From Octopus sinensis (taxonomy: Eukaryota), in assembly GCF_006345805.1 (NCBI RefSeq), contig NW_021824488.1, positions 1-17,934 of the forward strand: a DNA stretch of 17,934 nt, read 5' to 3'. Positions 1 through 10,071 of the stretch are shown here, piece by piece. Each line of letters opens with the position of its first letter. Within the stretch, counting starts at the first letter, position 1. The position numbers and the translations under genes are program-made. The notes under the pieces are model-generated. The model was not told the origin of the DNA and did not search any database. It saw only the letters and a list, made by a program, of their open reading frames with translations.

Positions 1-21
1 TAGATAGATAGATAGATAGAT
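1..21 (+). repeat. (TAGA)n tetranucleotide microsatellite, cut by the window edge
   Basis: Direct reading: tagatagatagatagatagat. Confidence 0.95.
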
Positions 22-60
22 AATGGATATAGTATAAAAGCAATATAGAGCCTGTATATG

Positions 61-218
61 TGCATGCGTGGCTGAGTGGTAAGAAGCTTGCTTCCCAACC
101 ACATGTTTCTGGGTTCAGTCTCACTGCATGTCACCTTTGGCAAGGTACCATGCAGTGGGACTGAACCCAGAGCCATGTGGTTGGGAAGCAACCTTCTTAC
201 TACACAGCTGCACCTGCA
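61..218. mobile_element. Two tRNA-derived SINE heads (family A) fused as an inverted foldback
   Basis: 61-137 and the reverse complement of 142-218 align without gaps over 77 nt (65/77 by manual count) around a 4-nt loop (tggc). Both arms match the SINE head at 14131-14210 (gtggctgtgtggtaag...ccaaccacatggttctggg..cagtcccactgcatggcacctt). Confidence 0.9.
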
Positions 219-289
219 TCTATATGTGTGTTTGTGTGTCTACGTGTACATATATATATATATATGTTTTTGGGGTTTTTTTCCTCTGT

Positions 290-420
290 CTTCCCTTCTC
301 CTATGTTTCCGACAAAGAGCTCCGCTTGAAACATTAAACCCTCCTCCTTTCCTTCTTTCCTTCTTTCCTAAGCATCCAATAATACTATATTTGTTCCACG
401 TCCTCGCGTTGTTGTGTTTT
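290..420 (+). mobile_element. Decayed Penelope-like terminal repeat remnant containing a degenerate minimal hammerhead motif (305-339)
   Basis: GTTT-CCGACAA-A-GAGC-tcc-GCTT-GAAA-CA-T-T-AAAC maps onto stem I / CUGANGA / stem II / GAAA / stem III / UH / stem I. Three of the departures from a canonical motif are CpG-type transitions. Element boundaries are approximate. Confidence 0.5.
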
Positions 421-607
421 TTTAACTATATATATATATATTTGAAAGAATGAATAGATGATAGATTTTTTTGAAGGGGTAATTTTTGTTTTAATTTTTA
501 TAATAATGTTAACAGGGAGTCACAGACACACACACAAAAATTATCCCCTCAATACCAAGAACTTCCTCTTTATTATTCTACTATACACACACATATATAT
601 ATATATA

Positions 608-792
608 ATTTAAACACATAAGGAATCCACTTGTGAGATTCAACACGCTAGAAAGAATAGGAATGAGATGAAAAAATAATATTTTTTCACTTCATTCCTG
701 TTGGGATTTTATCCCTAATTTTGTGGTTATAGAACCTAGCTGTTCTTTCTAGCGTGTTGAATCCCACGAGTGGATTCCTTATGTGCTTAAAT
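608..792. mobile_element. MITE-like element with ~52-bp terminal inverted repeats
   Basis: 609-660 versus the reverse complement of 740-791 gives 48/52 identity, all four mismatches transitions. Both arms end in TTAA. An internal hairpin lies at about 660-698 (ggaatga...tcattcc). No ORF. Confidence 0.75.
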
Positions 793-902
793 GTACACTG
801 TATTTAATGAGTAATACATAGTCTTTGGACTAAAGTTTTACATGCTAGGCAACTGGAAATGAAAATTTCTTATTTATTTCCATTTCCCTTCGATATGAGT
901 AA

Positions 903-944
<42 letters not shown>

Positions 945-1135
945 ATATGTATATATATATGTATATATATATATATGTATATAATTATATATGTATATAT
1001 ATATGATATATATTATATATATTATAATATTATGTGTGTGTGTGTGTGTGTGGTGTATATGTATATATATATGTATATATATATATATGTATATAAATAT
1101 ATATGTATAGATATATATGTGTATATATCTATATA

Positions 1136-1169
<34 letters not shown>

Positions 1170-1196
1170 CATATGGTGTATATATATAATAATATA

Positions 1197-1228
<32 letters not shown>

Positions 1229-1404
1229 ACATATGTGTGTATATATATCTATATAGAATATATATATAACATATATATATATAATATATAGAGAGAGAGA
1301 TAAATAGATAGATAGATAGATGATATGTATATGTATATATATATATATATATATATAGTGAGAGAGAGGGAGGAAAGGATGGAGAGAGAGACAGGCAGAC
1401 AGAG
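903..1404. repeat. Compound (TA)n/(TG)n/(GA)n/(TAGA)n microsatellite
   Basis: Direct reading. It is the source of the Y/I-rich ORFs at 870-1232, 933-1229 and 1249-1497. Confidence 0.95.
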
Positions 1405-1832
1405 ATGTGTTGGTAAGGGAGGTATTATGTAATGCTGCAATACAGATAAATGAATTCCATCATTACATATAATAATATGAAATAATATGAGTTCCATATA
1501 ACCCCAAGAGGAATTACAGAGGCCTCACAAGCAGAGGATTGCATTTGCAGCCTATTCTGGTCTCATTTAGTTTCAGTAGAGTAAGAAGCACACATGTTTT
1601 CTCCATCAGAATATTTATATATCACTCAGTACCTAACTAAATCATCTGGTTTGTATATCTGGCAATTAGCGTATGAGAAAAATTCCTCAACGTGACATAA
1701 AGCATATGAATGAATTTATTACTTGCTTCTATGGTTTTATGAAAATTTTGTATCATCAGAACTTCAGCTCAGCAAAGGATTTCCTAAGCCTTGAAGTATT
1801 TATAGAATTAACGTTAGGTGTGTGGGATGGGA

Positions 1833-1837
1833 GTGTG

Positions 1838-1883
<46 letters not shown>

Positions 1884-1922
1884 GTGTGTGTGTGTGCGTG
1901 CGTGCCTGTACATATATATATA
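1833..1922. repeat. (TG)n microsatellite
   Basis: Direct reading. Confidence 0.95.
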
Positions 1923-2074
1923 CTCATATCAGCATCTCCATTAACTCACAGCTGTTTCAGCTACAAAGAGCACTGCAGTCAATGTGACTTCTCATAGCTT
2001 CATCAGAGCCTATAATGCATTTAAACAGCCAGTTATTAGTCCTGCTATGGTTAAGCAGAATTACATATAACATA

Positions 2075-2135
2075 CTTTTTAGAGCTTCCAAAGTTTCTAA
2101 TATCAAATATTAGAAACTTAAGAAGCTCTAAAAAG
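2075..2135. other. Isolated 61-nt near-perfect palindrome/hairpin
   Basis: ctttttagagcttccaaagtttctaatat-caa-atattagaaacttaagaagctctaaaaag forms a 29-bp stem with 2 adjacent mismatches and a 3-nt loop. Confidence 0.9.
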
Positions 2136-2289
2136 AAGTTCATATTTTCTGATAAGACCAACAACCTGTATGAAGTTACTAATGATCTTTACAATAAGTT
2201 ACTAAATGATACCATTTCCACTAAATATAAGAAAGCTAACACAGATTTATGATATTAATGATGAGGATAAATCCCTCGCTTAACGTAAC

Positions 2290-2378
2290 AAAATCAAGTA
2301 CCATTTGAGAACTGGAGTTGATGTGATCGACTGTCCTCCTCCCCACAAAATCCAAGCCTTGTGCCTATAGTAGAAAGA
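2290..2378 (+). mobile_element. SINE family B, 3' part, ending in an (ATT)n tail
   Basis: aagtacca...ctggagttgatgtgatcgact...cccacaaaatccaagccttgtgcctatagtagaaag matches the 3' halves at 8400-8483, 9843-9930 and the reverse complement of 10534-10620. Confidence 0.8.
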
Positions 2379-2516
<138 letters not shown>

Positions 2517-3058
2517 AGCCCTGCCGACCTCCTTTAACAAGGAGGGCGAGGCCGTTTTCTTGTGCCTAGTGGCTGTGGCGAAAAAGGTTGTATGGTGGAC
2601 CCGTTTGAAAGGGCTAAAGTCAGACACTTTCCTCTTTAGTCAAGGCCTCATCAACTTTTTCAAGTTTCACTTGAAAAGGAAGATGAGGTTAGAGAGGAGA
2701 GTGCTGTCCGATAGCAAATTTTCTGAAAGATGGGTGAATTGTGCAAGAATGGCCAGGATAAATGGACCAGTTCTCAGGTTTCACCTGTGATTCAAAAAGG
2801 TATTATAAAAGGAGAAAGGGGCTCTCTACCCCCCTTTTGACCAGGCTCCCGTTGGCTTTTATGGGTTTTTTTCCACCAGGAACCTTTTGAAGTGCCTCCC
2901 CCTATTGGGAGTTTTTAATTGTTACAATCTTTCGTTGTTAAACTGTTTTTACACGATTTTTTCACAAACGGACAAACCCTTTGTAACCTTTCATCCTATT
3001 TTGTCCCTTTATGTTTTCTAATCATGTGTGTCAGCCCTTGTGGCCAATAAAAAAGAAT
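2517..3058 (+). mobile_element. 5'-truncated non-LTR retrotransposon (Tx1/L1-like): ORF2 C-terminus, 3' UTR and A-rich end
   Basis: An open frame of about 90 codons begins abruptly at the ATT array. It is followed by a ~270-nt UTR ending cagcccttgtggccAATAAAaaagaa and then (ATT)n. Confidence 0.7.
2518..2790 (+). pseudogene. Truncated ORF2 C-terminal fragment of a Tx1/L1-like LINE
   Basis: Translates ALPTSFNKEGEAVFLCLVAVAKKVVWWTRLKGLKSDTFLFSQGLINFFKFHLKRKMRLERRVLSDSKFSERWVNCARMARINGPVLRFHL*. The pattern AK..vW..R ... F...l..k.rlE ... F..rW resembles Tx1-clade ORF2 ends. Recognised from memory, no HMM run. No start codon or upstream domains are present. Confidence 0.6.
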
Positions 3059-4274
<1,216 letters not shown>

Positions 4275-4334
4275 ATCTTGATTTTCTTTTCTACTTGTAG
4301 GTAAGTGTCAAGAACATTTCCGACTTTGGTGAGT
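4275..4334 (+). promoter_or_regulatory. Candidate recursive splice site (AG|GT) with a 28-nt cryptic exon or microexon at 4301-4328
   Basis: cttgat (branch-point-like), then ttttcttttctacttgTAG|GTAAGT at 4300/4301, then a second donor TTTG|GTGAGT at 4328/4329. Confidence 0.45.
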
Positions 4335-4554
4335 CAAATTTTACAAGAGAAATATTCATTCCACTTTCAGAATTGTCATCTCTTCAAAACTTCCACAAGT
4401 TTCAAACTTTCGCCTTTCATCTTCGTTTGTCTTTTAAGCTTCATATTGCTTATTTGTTTATTTATTTTACTGGGGTTTTTTTTCAGATATTTTTTTTCAT
4501 GATTTTTTTCCCACTCAGTTGTTTAACTATTCACTTGTTCCTTTACTATTCTGC

Positions 4555-4579
4555 ATGCGTGTGTGTATGTATGTGTATA

Positions 4580-4624
<45 letters not shown>
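4555..4624. repeat. (TG)n microsatellite
   Basis: Direct reading. Confidence 0.95.
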
Positions 4625-4626
<2 letters not shown>

Positions 4627-4794
4627 CTGTATATGTGGTACATTAATATGAAAATATGGAAAAAAAAAAAACTTTCAGAAAAATCTATAAAATATTTTTT
4701 TGGACAATTAAATTTATTTTTTTTCAAAATCTTTTATACTTTGAAATACATTTTAATGAGACTGAAATGGCAATTTTTCAAATTTAAACACTAC

Positions 4795-5620
4795 ATGTAT
4801 ATGTAATTATGTACATACATATAAACATAAATAATACACAGTCAAATATTTTACATGTGTGTATATTTGTGTTGTTAGTGTGTGTGTTTGTGTGTGTATG
4901 TATGTACTCAAACACACTCACTCAGATATGCATAAATATACAATCAAACAAGACTAAACGTGAATACACTAATCACACACTCACACACGCATACAAGTAT
5001 ACATGCAAATATACACACAAACATAAATGTACTGACTTGTAAACGCACACACACACACATGTATATATATTTATACATTCTCATCTATTTTTATCAAGGT
5101 ATCTATCCACTGATACATACACACATGCACACACACACACATATATATATACATATACATGTATATATATATATATACATATACACATACGTATATATAC
5201 ATATACATATATATACACATACATATATATACACATACATATATATACACATACATATACACAGACACACATATATATATACACATATATACACATACAC
5301 ATATGTATGTATGTATATATGTATACATACACACACACACCCACACACTCACACACACACACATATTCATGTTTTTTATGCATTCATTTTATACTTCTAT
5401 ATATATTAGTGTGTGTGTGTATATATATATATATATGCTTCTGTTTATGTACATGATTTTTTTTTATATTTATCTTTATGTATATTTATTTCTGTAGGTG
5501 TATATACACGAGTGCTTGTGTTAGTGTATTTATGTTTGTGTGTGGTTTTGTCTGTGCGTCTATATGTATGTGCATTCATGAATGTATGTGTATGAGTGCA
5601 TGTATGTGTATGAGAATGTG
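4795..5620. repeat. Degenerate compound (CA)n/(TA)n/(TG)n low-complexity tract
   Basis: Direct reading. It is the source of the H/T/Y/I/V/C-rich ORFs. Confidence 0.9.
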
Positions 5621-5823
5621 CATAGGCATATGGGTGTACATGATGGCTTATTTATCAATGTGTTTATGCGTACGGGCACAGACATGGCTCTGTATAGACA
5701 CAGGCATAGCAGTATATTGGTGAAGTAATGGGTGTGTATATGTAGTCAAGAAACTCACTTTGCAACTATGTAGTTTCGGGTTCAGTTCCAATGCTCAGTA
5801 CCTTGGATAAATATCTTCTTGCT

Positions 5824-5882
5824 CGTCCAACCCATGCTAGCATGGAAAGTGGACGTTAAACGATGATGATGATAATGATGAT
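5824..5882 (+). mobile_element. Short RTE-type retroposon 3' end with a (GAT)n tail, inserted in a SINE
   Basis: cgtccaacccatgctagcatggaaagtggacgttaaacgatgatgat matches the reverse complement of 14296-14350 and the start of 15990-16045. The RTE assignment is from recall. Confidence 0.75.
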
Positions 5883-6119
5883 ATCCCTGGGTTGACCAAT
5901 GCCTGATGAGTGAATTTGGCAGATGGAAGTTGTATGGAAGCGCATTATATATGTGTGCATGTACATGTTTGTGTATATGTGTCAGTCTTTTATGGTTGTG
6001 TTTGTCTTCCTACCACTTTGCTAGTGATGGTGTTGGTTTATTTATGTCCCTGTAGCATAATGGTTTAGCAAAAGAGACCAATATAATAAAGTACCAGATT
6101 TAAAACAATAAGCACTATC

Positions 6120-6537
6120 TTTTATTTTTTATCTTTTACTTGTTTCAGCCATTTGACTGTGGCCATGCTAGGGCACCTCCCTGAAGGGTTTTAGTCGAAC
6201 AAATCAACCCCAATTCTTATTTTTAAATCCTAGCACTTATTCTCTTATTTGTCAGTGTCTTTTACCAAATTGCTAAGTTATGTGGACATAAACACACCAA
6301 CACTGGTTGTCAAGCAAAGGTGGGGGACAAACATAGGCATAAAGATATACACACATAGATATATACATATATACACATGATGAGCTTCTTTCAGTTTCCA
6401 TCTACCAAATCCACTCACAAGGCTTTGGTTGACCCAAGGCTGTAGTAGAAGACATTCATCCAAGGTGTTATGTAGTGGAACTGAACCCAGAACCATGTGG
6501 TTGGGTAGTAAGCTTCTTAACACACTGCCATGCCTGT
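6120..6537 (-). mobile_element. Full-length SINE family A copy, nested in antisense within the older copy
   Basis: The reverse complement runs from the head (caggcatggcagtgtgttaagaagctt...ccaaccacatggttctgggttcag) through the central TA/TG tract to the tail (gcatggccacagtcaaatggctgaaacaagtaaaagataaaaaa). Confidence 0.9.
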
Positions 6538-6651
6538 ACCTAGGGTTGATGTTTTTTTTTAATAAACATTTCTTGGACTTGCCCCAGCATGGCCACAGCC
6601 CAATGACTGAAGCAAGTAAAAGATATAAAGATTTACATATATACGTAGACA

Positions 6652-7160
6652 CAGGTGTGGCTATGTAGTAAGAAGTTCATTCCCAAATCGCATGGTTCTG
6701 AATTCAGCCCTTCTCTATGGCACCTTGGGCAAGTGTCTTCTACTACAGCCACTTCGTGACCAAAACCTTCTGAGTGGTTTAGGTAAAAGGAATCTGAAAG
6801 AAGCCCATCATACATACATGTATGTATATCTTTGTGTGTGTGTGTGTCATTGTGTGTGTTTTTCTCTCACCACCACTTGACAGTCATGGTTGGTGTGTTT
6901 ACATCCCTTAAACTTAGGCTTTAAAGGTATCGTGAAAGGCCTGGCTGGAGGTCTAAACTTCCGAGTTCTTTTACAGGGCTTAGAAAAAAACAGAAAGACC
7001 ACTGCAATAAGTGTGTGACTCTGAGAGCAGAATATCTTGAATAAAATGATAGAATAAGTACTGGGCTTACAAAAGAATAAGTCCCGGGGGTTGAGTTGCT
7101 CGATTAAAGGCAATGCTCCGGCATGGCCGCAATCAAATGACTGAAACAAGTAAAAGGGAG
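6652..7160 (+). mobile_element. SINE family A copy with a foreign ~130-bp segment at 6918-7046
   Basis: Head caggtgtggctatgtagtaagaag...; caccttgggcaagtgtcttctacta; body to ~6916; tail gatagaataagtactgggcttac...aatgactgaaacaagtaaaag at 7048-7156. Confidence 0.85.
6920..7046 (+). pseudogene. Frameshifted C-terminal remnant of a mariner-type (Tc1/mariner) transposase
   Basis: Across three frames it reads AWLEV*TSEFFY / GLEK / QKDHCNKCVTLRAEYLE*, resembling the mariner C-terminus W....p.eFf..Gi.kL..rW.kCv...G.YvE*. It is followed by the typical GAATAAAAT. Confidence 0.6.
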
Positions 7161-7189
7161 AGAGTAACTATACTAAAATAATCCCCCCA

Positions 7190-7900
<711 letters not shown>

Positions 7901-8049
7901 TGTTGTTCTTGTTGAACATTAGTCAACTAATTTCAATAATATTAAAACTATTCATTTCTTTATTGGTTTATTAGTTGGCACCTTTAAACTCATTTAAACA
8001 GTTTGCCAGCAGGAATGGCCAAGGGTGGACATCTAATGACTTATTCTAA

Positions 8050-8056
8050 TGGCAAT

Positions 8057-8113
<57 letters not shown>

Positions 8114-8118
8114 TATTA

Positions 8119-8153
<35 letters not shown>

Positions 8154-8187
8154 TATTATTATTATATCATTGTCATTATTATTATTA

Positions 8188-8220
<33 letters not shown>

Positions 8221-8233
8221 CATTATTATATTA

Positions 8234-8268
<35 letters not shown>
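8050..8268 (+). repeat. (ATT)n array
   Basis: Direct reading. Confidence 0.95.
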
Positions 8269-8269
<1 letters not shown>

Positions 8270-8270
<1 letters not shown>

Positions 8271-8483
8271 AGGTGGTGAGCTGGCAGAATTGTTAGCACA
8301 CTGGACGGAATGCTTAGTGGTATTTTACCTGTCGCTACATTTTGAGTTCAAATTCCACAGAGGTCAACTTTGCCTTTCATCCTTTTGGGGTCAATAAAAT
8401 AAGTGCCAGTTGAACACTGAGATCGATGTAATTGACTCATCCCCTCCCACCAAAATTTCTGCCTTTGTGGCAAAATTTGAAAC
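8270..8483 (+). mobile_element. Full-length tRNA-derived SINE family B copy flanked by (ATT)n on both sides
   Basis: A-box-like ggtgagctggcagaattg; B-box-like gagttcaaattcc; central conserved block gaggtcaactttgcctttcatccttttggggtcaataaaataagtgccag; tail gcctttgtggcaaaatttgaaac. Confidence 0.9.
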
Positions 8484-8579
8484 TGTTACCATTATTATTA
8501 TTATTATTATAATCATTATTATCACTACTACTACTGCTGCTGCTGCTGTGGTGGATGGTTAAGCCAGTCAAGTACCAAG

Positions 8580-8795
8580 GTACTGAATGGTAGGATTGGT
8601 GAAGCATAAGAAAAAATGCCTAGCAGTATTTGCTCCAGCTCTCTACATTCTGGGTTCAAATGCCATCAAAGTCAACTTTTCATTTCTCCCTTGCAGAGCC
8701 AATTATAAAAATGGTACCACTCAAGTTCTGGTGGATTGGGGTTGATATAGTTAATTGTCCGTTCCCTTCCACTAAATTTCCAGTTGAGTATCTCT
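8580..8795 (+). mobile_element. Highly diverged SINE family B copy
   Basis: aaatgcctagcagtattt...tctgggttcaaatgccatcaaagtcaactttcat...ggtacca...ggggttgat...ccactaaatttc is colinear with 8270-8483. Confidence 0.65.
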
Positions 8796-8814
8796 GTTAG
8801 AATTTATATCTACA

Positions 8815-9540
8815 ACAGCTGAAAACTGCAGCTCCTGGCTTTATAATGATATACATACATTAAGTATGTCATATAGATAAAGATTTTTTTCAAGAGCTGC
8901 TTCTATTGCATAATTAGAATTTTATTCAGGCTATGTGTCATCACTGCAAACCATTGTATTCTTTATACTAGCTGACTCAAGTGATATGTGCAGGTGACAT
9001 TGACAAGCCACAAAAACAGTGAAAAGTGCATCTGTCATGCTTGCAGTCACTTCTATGGTGATTTTGTTTCACCTAGCTCTGAAATATACTGTGCTTTTAA
9101 TACAATACATTTATCTATAAAAGGTTTTTTTTCCCCAATGGAAACTGCAGCTTCTGGCTTTTCAATGACACACATCCTTTAAATATGTCAAAAAGAAAAA
9201 GATTTCACTATAGAACTCTTTGTATTCCTGCATATTCTGTTTATGCAGCGCCATTGCAAACCAGAATATTGTTTATATATTATCTCTGTATACTTCAGAT
9301 TGGCCAATACAACCTCCTTTTGGAAGTGATGAATATGTGACATTGACAAGCTGCAAGAATGGTGAAATACATATCAGTCACTTCTGAGGTGTCTTTGTTT
9401 CGCCTAGCTCTGAAGTATATTGTGTTTTTTTAACACAATGTACCTATAAATGGATTTTTTTTTACCCTGACAAAAAAATGCTGTTTCTAGCTTTTCAACA
9501 ATACATATTTATTAACTATGTCACATAGATAAAGATTATT
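8815..9540. repeat. Diverged tandem duplication, ~320-345-bp unit, about 2.2 copies
   Basis: aaactgcagct.ctggcttt at 8823 and 9142, degenerate at ~9476; gtgacattgacaagc at 8994 and 9337; cagtcacttct and ttgtttc.cctagctctgaa.tata in both units; ga.aaagatt ending at 8885, 9204 and 9537. Confidence 0.8.
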
Positions 9541-9554
9541 ATTGTGATTATTGG

Positions 9555-9720
9555 ATTGCTAGTTATTAGAATTGACAAAGTACCGGACAAAATATCTTGT
9601 GATGTTGAGTTTTATTCCTTTCTGTTCTGAATTCAAAACTTGTTTAGTTTTCTTTTCCTTGTTCCAGATCAAAACAGTAAGTACAAGTTAGATGCAGGGG
9701 CCAATTTAATTAATCCCACT
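9555..9720 (+). mobile_element. Very old SINE family B remnant
   Basis: ccggacaaaatatcttgtgat...ttctgaattcaaaac...taagtacaag...ggggccaat is colinear with family B. Confidence 0.5.
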
Positions 9721-9721
9721 T

Positions 9722-9930
9722 TTCTGGCAGAGTTGTTAGCATGCTGGGCAAAATGCTTAGCAGCACTTCGTCTGTCTTGACATCCTGAGTTCAAATTACA
9801 TCGAAAGTGACTTTACGTTTCATCCTTTCGGGGGTCAATAAAATAAGTACTAGCCAAGTACTAGGGGGGTCGAGTTAATCGACTATCCCACTTACCCTAA
9901 ATATCAGGCCTTGCAACTTTAGTAGAATGA
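9722..9930 (+). mobile_element. SINE family B copy
   Basis: ctggcagagttgttagcatgctgggcaaaatgcttagc...ctgagttcaaatt...tttcatcctttcgggggtcaataaaataagtac...caggccttgcaactttagtagaa. Confidence 0.85.
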
Positions 9931-10071
9931 CTTATTAGTAATACAATTACCGATACTCATGCAACAATCACCACTATCTACACTCCAACAACAACTTCGG
10001 TTACTATAATCACCACTTACTACCACAACCTCTACAACTGCCACCAGCACTACTACTAATACTACTACTGT

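Larger units (their letters stand above)
5730..6632 (+). mobile_element. Old SINE family A copy interrupted by two nested insertions
   Basis: Head at 5730-5823; resumes at ~5883 (ccctgggttgaccaatgcc...); 3' body at 5990-6117 ending aataagcact; resumes at ~6541 (agggttgat...ccccagcatggccacagcccaatgactgaagcaagtaaaagata). The order is colinear with the 3' half at 14905-15150. Confidence 0.75.

Noticed and set aside
76-453. 125-aa ORF and the overlapping 69-aa ORF
   Set aside because: They are composed of the SINE foldback, a TA tract and a repeat remnant. The same peptide text (SLLPNHMVLGSVPLH) recurs at other SINE copies (6278-6652, 14040-14228).
5485-5505. ttatttctgtag|gtgtat as a second AG|GT recursive site
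   Set aside because: The donor is weak (GTGTAT), it lies in TA/TG low-complexity sequence, and no downstream donor is evident.
5895-5925. CTGATGAG resembling a hammerhead core
   Set aside because: It is a mutated form of the SINE motif gccttgtgagtggatttgg. No stem II or downstream GAAA geometry is present.
8270-8360. Possible tRNA gene (A-box and B-box present), likewise the family A heads
   Set aside because: No cloverleaf could be built, the box spacing is too long, and the sequence continues into SINE body and tail, so these are tRNA-derived SINE heads.
8988-9182. 64-aa Cys/His-containing ORF in the tandem duplication
   Set aside because: The paralogous unit has an in-frame stop and indels, and no recognisable domain spacing is present. 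It is retained only as part of the duplication finding.
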